Notes under the pieces: generated by a model | What the model saw: only the letters and a program-made list of their open reading frames with translations | What the model was told of the DNA's origin: nothing | Database searches by the model: none | Position numbers and translations under genes: made by a program | Assembly (NCBI GenBank): GCA_963727775.1 | Contig: CAVSHB010000001.1 | Location: 224,001 to 288,000, forward strand | DNA length: 64,000 nt | Direction: 5' to 3' | Origin: an uncultured Nitrospiraceae bacterium | Lineage (GTDB): Bacteria > Nitrospirota > Thermodesulfovibrionia > Thermodesulfovibrionales > SM23-35 | In this document: one piece after another, positions 10,558-21,305 of the stretch | How positions within the stretch are numbered: the stretch's first letter is position 1 | Layout: every line of letters begins with the position of its first letter

Positions 10558-11346
10558 ATGATAGGTTTTATCGGCGGCGGGAATATGGCGGAGGCTCTGA
10601 TAAAAGGTATACTGCAGAGCGGGGTAAAAGATATAACAGTGTCCGAGCCAAGGGAAGAAAGGCGCATATACCTTGAAAAGGCTTATGGCGTGAAGGCCAC
10701 CCCTGACAATAAGGAAGTTGTAAGAAACAGCAATATTATAATCCTGGCTGTAAAGCCCCAGAATATGGATGAAGTGACTGCCGGTATCGCTGATTCAGTC
10801 ACCGCCGATAAGATAATAGTGTCTATTGCTGCCGGTGTAACATTAGCATATCTTTCATCGCGGCTAAAGACTTCTAAGATAATCCGTGTAATGCCGAACA
10901 CCCCGGCACTCGTTCAGGAGGGCATGTCCGTACTGTCAATGTGTGAATGCATTCAGGACAAAGAAATGAGTTTGGTGCGGGGTATTTTTATGTCCGCCGG
11001 AAAGATTCTCGTACTCCCTGAAAAATATATGGATGCAGTGACCGCTGTTTCGGGGAGCGGGCCTGCTTTCATCGCCTTATTTGTCGAAAAAATGACGGAT
11101 GCGGGTGTTATGGCCGGGCTCAGCAGAGATAATGCCTCTGAGCTTGCAATCCAGACATTGATAGGCACTGCAAAATTGTTGGAGACGGGCATGCCGCCCG
11201 ATAAACTCAGGGAAATGGTCACTTCACCCGGCGGAACGACTGCGGCAGGGCTTAAAGTTTTTGAAGAAAAAGGTCTGAAAAATATAGTTTCTGCCGCGAT
11301 TGAAGCCGCAACAAACAGGTCGAAGGAATTGGGGAGAAAAGAATAA
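10558..11346 (+). CDS. proC: Pyrroline-5-carboxylate reductase
   Basis: IGFIGGGNMA, RVMPNTP, TAVSGSGPA and VTSPGGTT. Confidence 0.96.
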   Translation: MIGFIGGGNMAEALIKGILQSGVKDITVSEPREERRIYLEKAYGVKATPDNKEVVRNSNIIILAVKPQNMDEVTAGIADSVTADKIIVSIAAGVTLAYLSSRLKTSKIIRVMPNTPALVQEGMSVLSMCECIQDKEMSLVRGIFMSAGKILVLPEKYMDAVTAVSGSGPAFIALFVEKMTDAGVMAGLSRDNASELAIQTLIGTAKLLETGMPPDKLREMVTSPGGTTAAGLKVFEEKGLKNIVSAAIEAATNRSKELGRKE

Positions 11347-11658
11347 ATGTTTATCTTCGCGAATTTATTGCTTGCCTCAGCCAGGATTCTCGATGTGTTG
11401 CTTTCTGCTTATATGTGGGTAGTAATAATCTCGGCCTTAATAAGCTGGGTGAATCCCGATCCTTATAACCCGATAGTCAGGTTCCTTTATTCTGTTACTG
11501 AACCGGTATTTAGGCGGATCAGGCGGATTATAGGTTTCCGGCTGGGCGTTATCGACATATCACCCATGGTTGCAATACTCGCGATAATGTTTGTAAAGTA
11601 TTTTTTGATACAGTCATTAATAGAGCTTGCCTATAAATTGAAAGGAGGCATTTTATGA
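11347..11658 (+). CDS. yggT: YggT family membrane protein
   Basis: SWVNPDPYNPIVRFL...TEP and IDISP motifs; canonical context after proC. Confidence 0.92.
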   Translation: MFIFANLLLASARILDVLLSAYMWVVIISALISWVNPDPYNPIVRFLYSVTEPVFRRIRRIIGFRLGVIDISPMVAILAIMFVKYFLIQSLIELAYKLKGGIL

Positions 11659-12134
11659 GAATAACGCCGCTTGATATCCAGCAGAAACAATTCCCCATGA
11701 AGTTCAGGGGGTTCGATGTTGAAGAGGTATACGCATTCCTTGAGATAGTCAGGGAAGAAATGGAAGACCTCCTCAGGGACAACGCGAATCTGAAGGAGAA
11801 TATCCAGAGGCTGGAAACCCAGATTAAAGATTACAAGGACATGGAGACCACTCTGAGAGAAACGCTCCTGACCGCCCAGCAGATGGTCGAGGACTATAAG
11901 ACAAACGCCCGTAAGGAGGCAGAACTCGTTGTGAAGGAGGCGGAACTTAAAGCAGACTCCTTACTTAAAGAAGCTCAGGAGAAGGTCATAAAGATCCATG
12001 AGGACATAGTAGATCTTAAGGGGATCAGACGCCATTTTAAAGAAGAGTTGAGGAGGCTTGTTGAAAGCCATCTGAAGATGCTCGAATTCGATAAGGAGAG
12101 AGAGGAAGAAGAGGGAGGCATGAAGCAGGAATGA
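11655..12134 (+). CDS. divIVA: DivIVA domain protein
   Basis: ITPLDIQQKQF...FRGFDVEEV N-terminus followed by a coiled coil. Confidence 0.9.
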   Translation: MRITPLDIQQKQFPMKFRGFDVEEVYAFLEIVREEMEDLLRDNANLKENIQRLETQIKDYKDMETTLRETLLTAQQMVEDYKTNARKEAELVVKEAELKADSLLKEAQEKVIKIHEDIVDLKGIRRHFKEELRRLVESHLKMLEFDKEREEEEGGMKQE

Positions 12135-13399
12135 AGTATAATGCCCTGAAGGGTGTCCATGACATCTTCCCGCCGGAGATTTACATATGGCAGAAAGTGG
12201 AAAAAGTTGCAAGGGATATATTCTCTGTTTACGGCTTTCAGGAAGTGCGTCCGCCCATCATCGAGTCAACGGATATTTTTATAAGGAGTATAGGCGACAC
12301 TACCGATATTGTCGAAAAAGAAATGTACACATTCTCCGATAAAGCGGAGAGGCATATAACCCTCCGCCCGGAAGGCACGGCGCCTGTTGTAAGGTGCTAT
12401 GTGGAGAACCACCTTTATAACCTGCCGCCGCCGCAGAAATTTTTTTACTCGGGGCCGATGTTCAGATACGAAAGACCGCAGGCAGGACGTTTCAGACAGT
12501 TTTTTCAGATAGGCGCAGAGGCCTTCGGCGCGGCAGACCCGAAGATCGATGCGGAGATACTTTCGATGCTAAAGCTTTTTTTCGAGCGGCTCGGGCTGAA
12601 AGGTCTTAATTTCCAGGTGAATTCCATCGGCTGTGAAAAATGCAGGCCCGATTACAAAAAGGCCCTGCTGAATTTCTTTTCGGACCGCCTCGACGGCTTC
12701 TGTCCTGACTGTAAAAGGAGATATGACCAGAACCCGCTCAGGATACTTGATTGCAAAGTTGAGTCATGCGTGAAGCTTAGAGAAGGTTCTCCGTGCGTCA
12801 CGGATTTCCTGTGCGATGAATGCAGAGAGCACTTCAGTTCATTCCAGTCTTTGCTGAACATTCTGAGCATACCGTTTGTGATTAACCCCAATATGGTCAG
12901 GGGTCTCGATTATTACACGAGGACGACCTTTGAGGTCACTTGTGAAGACCTCGGGGCGCAAAATGCAGTAGCTGCCGGCGGACGTTATGATAAGCTTGTC
13001 GAAGACTTCGGAGGTCCGGCTACCCCTGCGATCGGCTTTGCGATCGGGATGGAAAGAATAACGACTCTGCTTAAGGCATCGACCACCGATACCATACCGT
13101 CTCCACAAGTCTTTATTGCAACGATAGGGTCGTTTGCTGGGAGAGAAAGTCTTGCTATTGCCGATAATCTGAGGAAAAACGGGACATGGGTTGAACTCGG
13201 ATACACGGGGAATTCTTTAAAGAGCCAATTAAGAAGGGCGGACAGACTTTCCGCCCAATATGTCCTGATTGTAGGCGACGATGAGATTGCGTCGGGTAAA
13301 TTGAAATGGAAACGACTTTCAGACAGCAGCCAGGGCGAGATACCGATCACGGAAGTATACGATTTCTTTACCCCACCACATCAAGCTCCCTCACCCTGA
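12131..13399 (+). CDS. hisS: Histidine--tRNA ligase
   Basis: LRPEGTA, FRYERPQAGRFRQF, VRGLDYY and AGGRYD. Confidence 0.97.
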   Translation: MKYNALKGVHDIFPPEIYIWQKVEKVARDIFSVYGFQEVRPPIIESTDIFIRSIGDTTDIVEKEMYTFSDKAERHITLRPEGTAPVVRCYVENHLYNLPPPQKFFYSGPMFRYERPQAGRFRQFFQIGAEAFGAADPKIDAEILSMLKLFFERLGLKGLNFQVNSIGCEKCRPDYKKALLNFFSDRLDGFCPDCKRRYDQNPLRILDCKVESCVKLREGSPCVTDFLCDECREHFSSFQSLLNILSIPFVINPNMVRGLDYYTRTTFEVTCEDLGAQNAVAAGGRYDKLVEDFGGPATPAIGFAIGMERITTLLKASTTDTIPSPQVFIATIGSFAGRESLAIADNLRKNGTWVELGYTGNSLKSQLRRADRLSAQYVLIVGDDEIASGKLKWKRLSDSSQGEIPITEVYDFFTPPHQAPSP

Positions 13400-14792
13400 A
13401 TCCGACGCCCAGTTCTTCGGTTATCTTTCTGCATTTCTCTATATCTACTCCGTCAAGTTTTACAACTGTAACCAGGACGTCGGGTATGTATTTTTTTGAT
13501 TCCTTTATAAAATCTATAATCCCCCGGAATGCATTTTCCAACGCAGGCTTGCAGATTAAGTTATATGTATCCTCATCATGTGCGTTGAGGCTTATGGAGA
13601 TACTGTCGACAATACCTTTGAGATCGGGTAGTATGTTTCTCCGGTGTATCATATTCCCGTGCCCGTTTGTATTTATCCTTACCTTACCGTTGTTCTGCTT
13701 TACCCATGCTGCGACACTTTTAACCAGCCCAAGCCTCAAGAGCGGCTCTCCATAACCACAGAATACGATCTCGGTATATTCTGCCGGGTCTCCTATCGCG
13801 TTCTTCAGGTCTTCTTCCGACGGCTCGTCTGAGTGTCGCAGGTTGTGGCCTTTTACAAAGTCCGACTGGAACCTTATGCAGAATGAGCACGTGTTCGTAC
13901 ATCTGTTGGTAATGTTGAGGTAAAGACTGTCTCTTATACTGTACGTTATTTCGCCTGTACGGGGAATCTGTCCTATCCTGAAAAGCCGCTTTGCATTCAG
14001 TGTCGTAATCCTTGATATGTCTTCAAGTGTGACGCCCCTCAACTCCGCGATCGTCATAGCCGTATGCAAAAGGTAAGAAGGTTCGTTCCTTCTGCCCCTG
14101 AAAGGTTCAGGGGTGAGATAAGGCGCGTCTGTTTCGATAAGCAGATAATCATCAGGTATTGCCCTTGCAATATCTTGCAGATTTTTTGCCTTCTTAAAAG
14201 TGACGGGGCCCGCAATCGATATATACAAACCCATAGCCATCGCCTTTTCGGCCATATCTATGTCGCCGGAAAAACAATGCATGACGCCGCTATTTATTCC
14301 TGATTTATTGATAATATCGAGAGTATCTTCCTTTGCCTCCCTGCTATGGATGAGCACCGGAAGGTTGATCTCACCGGCAAACTGAAGCTGCTTCATAAAT
14401 ACTTCCCGCTGTATTTCACGGGGCGAATGATCATAATGGTAATCAAGGCCGATCTCCCCGATAGCTACGATTTTCGGTTTTAGTTCGGAGTTCGAAGTTC
14501 GGATTCCCGGACTCGTTCTTTTAATTCTATATTCACCGGCCCATGTTTTTATCTGATCAAATATTTCTTCCGTGAAATCCTTGGCATCATGCGGATGGAA
14601 GCCGACCGCTGAATAGATGAAATCGTATTTTCGGGAAAGCTCAAGGCCGCCGATATTGCCTTTCAGGTCGGTGCCTATCGAAATTATTGCCTCGATACCC
14701 GATTCCCTGGCCCTTTTGATAACATCCGCCCTGTCGGGATCAAATGCATCCATCTCAAGATGGCAATGAGTGTCAATCAACTTTGGGATCAT
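13368..14792 (-). CDS. tatD: TatD family hydrolase fused to TatD-associated radical SAM domain
   Basis: IDTHCH, GEIGLDY, IHSR, HCFSG and ETDAP motifs, then YLNITNRCTNTCSFC and VFCGYGEP. Confidence 0.9.
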   Translation of the reverse strand: MIPKLIDTHCHLEMDAFDPDRADVIKRARESGIEAIISIGTDLKGNIGGLELSRKYDFIYSAVGFHPHDAKDFTEEIFDQIKTWAGEYRIKRTSPGIRTSNSELKPKIVAIGEIGLDYHYDHSPREIQREVFMKQLQFAGEINLPVLIHSREAKEDTLDIINKSGINSGVMHCFSGDIDMAEKAMAMGLYISIAGPVTFKKAKNLQDIARAIPDDYLLIETDAPYLTPEPFRGRRNEPSYLLHTAMTIAELRGVTLEDISRITTLNAKRLFRIGQIPRTGEITYSIRDSLYLNITNRCTNTCSFCIRFQSDFVKGHNLRHSDEPSEEDLKNAIGDPAEYTEIVFCGYGEPLLRLGLVKSVAAWVKQNNGKVRINTNGHGNMIHRRNILPDLKGIVDSISISLNAHDEDTYNLICKPALENAFRGIIDFIKESKKYIPDVLVTVVKLDGVDIEKCRKITEELGVGFRVRELDVVG

Positions 14793-14887
14793 AGGTTATT
14801 TCCATAGCTGTATCTAATATTTTTCAAACTTGATGGATTCAATGAAAAATTATAACTTATCTGTCAATTTTCTGTGCTCTTCCTGAA

Positions 14888-15091
14888 TCATTGCATCTCG
14901 CCATTTTGCCCCATGCGGTATTTGATGCCGTAATTAATAATGGAATCAAGTTCCTCGTCTGTGAAGCCGTAATGCTTTGCGAGTACACAGTCGATTTCTG
15001 ATGAAATACAGGCGGGATTAAGCACTCTATCCTCATTGGTAGGCTGCATCATATGCACAGCGAATTCAATAATCTCACGAGGCGTGATTTC
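14888..15091 (-). pseudogene. Collapsed N6-adenine methyltransferase / restriction-modification remnant
   Basis: One frame reads TPREIIEFAVHMMQPTNEDRVLNPAC (motif X and motif I-like), joined to EIDCVLAKHYGFTDEELDSIINYGIKYRMG (C-terminal tail typical of Eco57I-like RM proteins). Confidence 0.65.
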
Positions 15092-15454
15092 TCATCTCCG
15101 CCCGGGCCTGCGTTTTGCCTGGTACGGTGGAGAGGATTCGGCAATACGCATTTCCGTCTCTGTATCAATCGGCTCGAAGACTACGCGGACATGGGCGTGC
15201 AGAGCTTCGGCTACGCGGCGGAGCATACTGAGGGAATGGCCTTCATAGCCGGGAGACTCAAGCCGGCTGATTTGTTGCTGGGAAGTCTTCAGAAGCTTCG
15301 CCAGTTCCTTTTGAGAAAGCCCGGCCTTCTGCCGGAGAACGGCGATTTGCAGCGCCACATCCCAGGCCTCTCCGGCGCGCTCAAAGCGTGAGGCAAAGGA
15401 AGGGTCTTTTCGCTGCTCTTCGAGGTAACGGTCAAAATTAGTTTTTTTCTTCAT
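15092..15454 (-). CDS. Xre/HigA-type HTH antitoxin
   Basis: LRQKAGLSQKELAKLLKTSQQQISRLE HTH; ATGA overlap with the upstream toxin. Confidence 0.88.
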   Translation of the reverse strand: MKKKTNFDRYLEEQRKDPSFASRFERAGEAWDVALQIAVLRQKAGLSQKELAKLLKTSQQQISRLESPGYEGHSLSMLRRVAEALHAHVRVVFEPIDTETEMRIAESSPPYQAKRRPGRR

Positions 15455-15807
15455 TCCGCTCTTTTCTTCCAATCGCTCATTCGTTTCCGCGCAACCGCAA
15501 TATCACGGGCAGGGATATCCTGTCCCTTATGGCGTATGCCGTGTACCGCAACGATCCGGCGATCCTTCATAAAAAACCACAAGACGCGGGTGTTGAGCTT
15601 GCCCACATGGCGTAGCTCGAACAGCCCGTTGTCGAGCGCTTTGGCCAATGGTTCGCGGTGATATTGCTTGTTCCGCAGCTTTGCCAGTCCTGCGACAACC
15701 GCTGCAAAATCATCCGGATCACTGACCTTCAACTCGTCAAGAAATTTACGAAGAGGGCACGCCCCCGAAGCCGTTTCATAAAATTCTATTGTAAAATCCA
15801 TGCTCAT
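15451..15807 (-). CDS. RelE/ParE-superfamily (Gp49/HigB-like) toxin
   Basis: IEFYETASGACPLRKFLDEL...GLFELR...RVLWFF...IVAVHG; toxin-first pair with the HTH gene. Confidence 0.85.
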   Translation of the reverse strand: MSMDFTIEFYETASGACPLRKFLDELKVSDPDDFAAVVAGLAKLRNKQYHREPLAKALDNGLFELRHVGKLNTRVLWFFMKDRRIVAVHGIRHKGQDIPARDIAVARKRMSDWKKRAE

Positions 15808-15892
15808 GTCAACATCAATATTGTTGTACCACCCGCATATCCTCCTCAGTAATCCGCCGCTTGCCGGTGACACATTCGTGGATAGAGGATTT

Positions 15893-15998
15893 GATATTGC
15901 TGCAATGCTGTGATTTGATTTTCTATATTTTTGTTAAGTTTCTTAAGTTCTGCTGTTTTGGCGTCAAGATAATCTGTAAGATTATTCTGCTCTATATT
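15893..15998 (-). pseudogene. Type I RM specificity subunit (HsdS-like) fragment
   Basis: EQNNLTDYLDAKTAELKKLNKNIENQITALQQY resembles the conserved HsdS coiled coil; the flanking sequence is unrelated. Confidence 0.5.
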
Positions 15999-16131
15999 AT
16001 CGAAGATACGCGGTATAGATGCTACAATTCTATCACAGGCAGGGCAATTTTGATAAGGTCTATTCAATGTTATAAAGATACCTGCAAGTAATATAAAATG
16101 AGTTGCAGGCTTAATGAATGTTATAAGAACT

Positions 16132-17340
16132 TTATGCGCCGAATTTCTTGAGGCGCCCTGCATTGGCAAGGGCCAGGGGCATGAGATTTACTGTAGGGAA
16201 AATACCGAGTTCGCCTTTCAGGCACTCCCTTTCGGAAAACGCTTTGCATGTATCACCGAGAACATATGGGGATTTCAGGAGAACAGGCACAGGATGCCAG
16301 CTGTGGCTTTTCATAACGGAGGGAGTTGAATGGTCTCCGGTTATCATGATGACATCGGGATTGAGACTGAGTATTTCCGGGAGGAATGTATCGAATTCCT
16401 CAATCTTTGATACCTTGCCCTGGAAGTTTCCATCCTCACCGTAAGAGTCAATCTTCTTGACATGCATGAAGAAAAAGTCATAGTCATTATAATTCTTTTT
16501 CAGAAAATCGAGCTCTTCTCTTATATCACCTTTTAACGGTGGGGCATCCATACCGATCAATTTGGCAAGACCGCGGTACATGGGATATACCGCTATGCAC
16601 AACGGTTTCAGCCCATAGACGTCATTGAAATGCGGGATATCAGGTACCTGAGAAAAGCCTCTGAGAAGGATAAAGTTGGCCTTTGGTTCATTCTTTATAA
16701 TATCTGTAATACCTGAAATCAGTTTCTCAACAACCTTTGCAACTCTTCCTGCCTCCGGTGTTTCCGGGGTAACCGGAACAGGTGTCTTTCCTTCCTTCTG
16801 GGGATCTGTATCTTTTATGCAGGCTGATCCCTTCGGTAATGGTTCGGGAAATCTAAGCACTGCAGCAAACCGGTGTTCCATGCCCGGGGCGAAGATCACT
16901 TCTGCATCATCAATCTTCTGAATATTCTCCTGAAGCCTCTCGGTTATCTTTCTGTTCTCATCGGTCGGGATTCTTCCTGCTCTTCTGTCCTGGATTATAC
17001 CATCCTTAATCGTGGCATAATTAATACGTATGGCAATGTCCGTCTTGCGTAATTCGATTCCGAGGCCGAGCGCCTCAAGCACTCCTCTGCCTATCTGCCA
17101 TTCAACCGGATCGTAACCGAAAAGCGATAAATGTCCCGGTCCGCTTCCCGGGGTTATCCCTGTTGCAACGGGGATGTGCAGCCCGCACGCGGACCTTGCC
17201 GCTAAAGCATCGAGATTCGGTTTGAGCGCTGTATCGAGCTCTGTCTTTCCGTTTAAGGGCAGGCCTCCGAGGCCGTCAAGAACAACAAGAAATATTTTTG
17301 TATTGTTTTTCTGTATGAGGTCTTTGATGAGTGTCTGCAT
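16132..17340 (-). CDS. apgM: 2,3-bisphosphoglycerate-independent phosphoglycerate mutase (archaeal/ApgM type)
   Basis: VLDGLGG, TPGSGPGHLSLFGYDP, DRRAGRI, TGDHSTP and HSWHPVP. Confidence 0.92.
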   Translation of the reverse strand: MQTLIKDLIQKNNTKIFLVVLDGLGGLPLNGKTELDTALKPNLDALAARSACGLHIPVATGITPGSGPGHLSLFGYDPVEWQIGRGVLEALGLGIELRKTDIAIRINYATIKDGIIQDRRAGRIPTDENRKITERLQENIQKIDDAEVIFAPGMEHRFAAVLRFPEPLPKGSACIKDTDPQKEGKTPVPVTPETPEAGRVAKVVEKLISGITDIIKNEPKANFILLRGFSQVPDIPHFNDVYGLKPLCIAVYPMYRGLAKLIGMDAPPLKGDIREELDFLKKNYNDYDFFFMHVKKIDSYGEDGNFQGKVSKIEEFDTFLPEILSLNPDVIMITGDHSTPSVMKSHSWHPVPVLLKSPYVLGDTCKAFSERECLKGELGIFPTVNLMPLALANAGRLKKFGA

Positions 17341-17354
17341 GGGGAAAAAAATTA

Positions 17355-19517
17355 TTATACCTTGAACCGTGACATCGTGTACTGGAGGACCTGCGCGGAG
17401 TTTGAAAGTTCAGCTGCTGAGGCGGCAAGTTCCTCCATTGCGGCGGTCTGCTCTTCCGATGAAGCCGACGCCTCTTCCGAGGATGAGGCGGTCTCGACAG
17501 CAGACCCTGCAATACTTTCTATCTGCTTTACTATGTTTTTCACCTGTGAAGCAATCCCTGAAAATTGCAGGCTGACCTCCTGTATCAGCACAGCTCCGGA
17601 CTCCATCTCTTTCTTCCCTTCCAGTACGGAGTTTACCGCCTGTTCCGTCTCATTCTGGACCTCTTTTATTATTTGCGATATCTCACGGGCGGAGTTCGCC
17701 GAACTTTCGGCGAGCTTTCTGACCTCGTCGGCGACTACGGCAAACCCATGTCCTGATTCGCCGGCCCTTGCGGCCTCGATCGCGGCATTTAAGGAAAGCA
17801 GGTTTGTTTGAAAAGCTATCTTTGTTATGACCTTTAATATATTCCCGATCTCGGAAGAGCGGGCGGAAAGACCTTTCATCGCTTCAACGGACTTCTCGGT
17901 AGCGACCTGAAGCAGCTTTGTCCTGTCGGCAAGCTTCGTCATCAGCTCACTGCCCTTTTGTGTTGATTCATTTGCCGACAGAGAGGCTGCAGAGGCGTCC
18001 TGAGAATGCTCTGCAATAGCAGATGTGGCTGATGATATCAGAGAAATAGCTGATGAAAGCTCCGACAGCGCGCGCGTTGACTGTTTTGTGACGGACGCCA
18101 TGGAATTTGCCGAATTTGTCAGAAGCTCTGCCTGTTCACGCACTTTTATGGTCAGATCTTTCAGTGAAGAGATCATCATGTTTGTTGCTTTGCCGAGCTG
18201 ATTTAATAAATCATCGCCCGTGTCTTCGCTGGCATTCACGGTCAAGTCACCGGCAGCTACCTGCTGAAGGATCATAAAGTAATCAGTAAGCCCCATGGCG
18301 AGATTCATCGAGGTAGTATGAAGTTCGTCGGAGGTCTCCCGCAGATGCTCGATCATATGGTCAAACCCTATGCCGAGAGAATCTTTTTCAGAGCGGATAG
18401 GCGCCTTGACTTCAAGGTTGCCTTTTTTTACTTCTTCGATACATTCGGAAAGTTTCCTGAATTCGGAAATCATCTCATTGGTGACCTTCCCCAACTGGTT
18501 CATTAGATCGTCGCCGGTGTCTTCAGACGCTTTTACATCAAGATTTCCGAGCGCCAGTTCCGAAACCACAGTAAAAAAATCGCTCATCCCGAGGGCGAGA
18601 TTCATCGAATTAGTATGGAGTTCGTCGACGCTGTGTTTGAGGTTCTCAACCATTCTTGCGATAGCGCCGCCCAGAACGTCTTTTTCCGAGCGGATTTTTA
18701 TAGTAGTATCCAGGTCGCCTGAAGCTATCCTGTCGGCTGTTTTTGAAAGCTCATTTAAAGACACAGCCATCCTGGAAAATACGTCTTCCATTAAGGAAAT
18801 TTCATTGTTGCTTTCCTCCCCGATTTCCACATGTGATATATCTGTGATTTCACCTTCCGCAATTTTACGGGCAGTCTCCGTAACCCGCTTTAACGGTCTT
18901 ACTATGCCCCTGGTCAACAAAACCGCCAAAAAGACAACTAATATTAAAGAAATGCCGATTATGCTTTTTGAAACGGTTTTTTGTTTCCGGACGGATTGTT
19001 CCGAGTCTTCTTTGTATTTATCGTAGACTTCACCTATCCCGTTCAAAAAGGGTTCGTATACTTTCATCAGTTCAGGAAGTTCTACCTGCCGGGCATGCAA
19101 AGAATGCTTTTCAGCGTCTGCAGCGTTGCCTTGCTCTATCGCTTTCACAACAGGGACTCCAGCTTGGTGCAGTCTTTTATGCGGTTCGTCCAGAGCCTTA
19201 AACAACGGCTCCAATTCAGGATAGGGCAACTTATATGAATAATACCACTTCCCGAATGCGCATTTGTGGGGGTCGAGTTCACCTTCAAATTTACCCTTTT
19301 TTCTTGCGGACTCTCTTAAGTGATCAGTCCATTTGTAATGTACCGTCTGCATTTCGCGCAGTTTTTCCTTGAGCTCTATTAAATTGGTTTCTTTCTGCTC
19401 TACATTCTTGAGTATTACAATTCCTCTTTGCCAGAATATGCCGAGAACAAGGACTACTAAAAACAGAAAGCCGAAACTCAACGATATTTTTTTACCTACG
19501 GACAGGTTCTTAATCAT
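17355..19517 (-). CDS. Methyl-accepting chemotaxis protein with CZB-like sensor between the TM helices and tandem HAMP units
   Basis: HYKW...[12 protein letters not shown]...PHKRLH lies between TM1 and TM2. A HAMP segment is duplicated, and the signalling hairpin [34 protein letters not shown] is present. Confidence 0.92.
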   Translation of the reverse strand: MIKNLSVGKKISLSFGFLFLVVLVLGIFWQRGIVILKNVEQKETNLIELKEKLREMQTVHYKWTDHLRESARKKGKFEGELDPHKCAFGKWYYSYKLPYPELEPLFKALDEPHKRLHQAGVPVVKAIEQGNAADAEKHSLHARQVELPELMKVYEPFLNGIGEVYDKYKEDSEQSVRKQKTVSKSIIGISLILVVFLAVLLTRGIVRPLKRVTETARKIAEGEITDISHVEIGEESNNEISLMEDVFSRMAVSLNELSKTADRIASGDLDTTIKIRSEKDVLGGAIARMVENLKHSVDELHTNSMNLALGMSDFFTVVSELALGNLDVKASEDTGDDLMNQLGKVTNEMISEFRKLSECIEEVKKGNLEVKAPIRSEKDSLGIGFDHMIEHLRETSDELHTTSMNLAMGLTDYFMILQQVAAGDLTVNASEDTGDDLLNQLGKATNMMISSLKDLTIKVREQAELLTNSANSMASVTKQSTRALSELSSAISLISSATSAIAEHSQDASAASLSANESTQKGSELMTKLADRTKLLQVATEKSVEAMKGLSARSSEIGNILKVITKIAFQTNLLSLNAAIEAARAGESGHGFAVVADEVRKLAESSANSAREISQIIKEVQNETEQAVNSVLEGKKEMESGAVLIQEVSLQFSGIASQVKNIVKQIESIAGSAVETASSSEEASASSEEQTAAMEELAASAAELSNSAQVLQYTMSRFKV

Positions 19518-19548
19518 TCATTAATCCTTAATTCGATCACTCTATGTA

Positions 19549-19773
19549 TTAAAACTGAATCTGGCAGCGCTTTTTGCCGCTGCCTTCGTCTTTTACCCAT
19601 AAAAGGGTCTTCTTTGTCCTTTCACACCACTGGCGGACGTCCTTTTCAAACGTAGGGCAGTCAGCGGTTACTTCCAGAAGATCACTCGGCTTGAGTTCTG
19701 CGGACTTTGCCGCTATCTTAAGTATCGGTTGGGGACATCTAAGCCCCAGGCAATCCAGAGTTACTGTTGCCAT
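19549..19773 (-). CDS. tusA: Sulfurtransferase TusA/SirA family protein
   Basis: LDCLGLRCPQP motif, 74 aa, GGAGG SD. Confidence 0.88.
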   Translation of the reverse strand: MATVTLDCLGLRCPQPILKIAAKSAELKPSDLLEVTADCPTFEKDVRQWCERTKKTLLWVKDEGSGKKRCQIQF

Positions 19774-19844
19774 AACTGTTTACCTCCTTTTTGAAATGTT
19801 TATAGAGATTAATCCTGCCTTGCTGACGACGAAATAAATGCTCG

Positions 19845-21305
19845 CTATCTGCCAAGGGTCTGAACGATATCGCCTTTGTGATTACGTATTGTGATAGACA
19901 AAGGCATTGTGCCCGGCAACGTATGTGTTGCGCAGGCAAAACACGGATCATAAGCGCGGAAAGCCATCTCTACCATATTAAGAAGACCGTCCGAAACTTT
20001 GCCGTTTTTTATCAGACCCTTTGCAGCTTTTTCGATAGACATACAAATTGCTGCTGCATTATTGACAGTGGCGACAATCAGATTCGCTTCAGTTATGATA
20101 CCGTTCTTGTCTGTTTTATAATGGTGAATGAGGGTCCCGCGCGGCGCCTCTACAATGCCGATACCCTCTTCGGGTGTTGCAGTCGGAATATTTCTCACAT
20201 GGGGGTCAGTGATCTCCCTGTCCTGGGCAAGTTCCAGCATGCGTTCTGCAGCATAAAGGGCCTCGATCAACCGGGCCCAGTGAAATGCCAGCGTATTGTG
20301 AGCAGGTTTCCCGCCGAGAGTTTCATACATCCTTTCATATTCAGCCTGTGCCAATGGGGTCGCCATGCCGTCGGAAACATTGAGACGGGCCAACGGAGCT
20401 ACGCGGTATATACCGCTGTCGGCGCCTTCAGTAAATCCTTTCCATCCGACCTTTTTCAGATAAGGGAATTTAACATAGCTCCACGGTTCAACATGTTCGG
20501 CAATATGCTCGAGATAATCTTTCGGTGTGAACCTGGTAAATTCTCTGCCTTCGGGAGTAACAACACGCACATCACCGTCGTAGAAATTGACCTTGTTATT
20601 TTTATCGACCATCCCCATATAGTAAGAGACATGCTTATAAACATCCCCGATTATCAAATCAACATATTCTTTATTCTTGAGCACAATATCATCGAAAATC
20701 TTTAACGAGAATTTGGCGAATTCAATTCCTTCCTTCGCGATCTCTTCGATTTTTATCCTTTCATCTTCAGTAAGGGGTTTTGATATGCCGCCGGGTAGGC
20801 CGCAGACGGGATGGATTACCCTGCCGCCGAAAGAAGTAATAATGTCACGGCACTCTTTCCTCATCTTAATTACTTTGCCGGCTATCTCCACTCCTACCTT
20901 GGCAATCACTCCGAGAATATTCCTTTCCGCAGGCGGCGCAGAAGGGCCGACAACGAAATCCGGGCCTCCGAGGAAAAAGAAATGGAGAGTATGGTCTTCG
21001 AGCATAAAGGCGGAATACATCAGCTCGCGCAATTTCTTTGCAGCCGGAGGAGGCTCCACCTTGAACAGATCGTCCAGTGCTTTAGTTGAACAGATGTGAT
21101 GGGTGGTCGGACATACGCCGCAGATTTTCGAGGTGATCCTCGGCATTTCTTCCGCCGGACGGCCGACAGAGAAGACCTCAAACCCTCTCAGTTCAGGTAC
21201 CTGGAAATAAGCTCTTGCCACGTCCCCATTATCATCAAGGAAAATCTCTATCTTACCGTGACCTTCAAGCCTTGTAATCGGGTCTATAGTAATACGTTTA
21301 TTCAT
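19845..21305 (-). CDS. mvhA: [NiFe] hydrogenase large subunit (Mvh, group 3c-like)
   Basis: IDPITRLEGH, KICGVCP (L1), EAPRG and RAYDPCFACATH (L2) with a C-terminal cleavable extension. ATG at 21305. Confidence 0.92.
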   Translation of the reverse strand: MNKRITIDPITRLEGHGKIEIFLDDNGDVARAYFQVPELRGFEVFSVGRPAEEMPRITSKICGVCPTTHHICSTKALDDLFKVEPPPAAKKLRELMYSAFMLEDHTLHFFFLGGPDFVVGPSAPPAERNILGVIAKVGVEIAGKVIKMRKECRDIITSFGGRVIHPVCGLPGGISKPLTEDERIKIEEIAKEGIEFAKFSLKIFDDIVLKNKEYVDLIIGDVYKHVSYYMGMVDKNNKVNFYDGDVRVVTPEGREFTRFTPKDYLEHIAEHVEPWSYVKFPYLKKVGWKGFTEGADSGIYRVAPLARLNVSDGMATPLAQAEYERMYETLGGKPAHNTLAFHWARLIEALYAAERMLELAQDREITDPHVRNIPTATPEEGIGIVEAPRGTLIHHYKTDKNGIITEANLIVATVNNAAAICMSIEKAAKGLIKNGKVSDGLLNMVEMAFRAYDPCFACATHTLPGTMPLSITIRNHKGDIVQTLGR

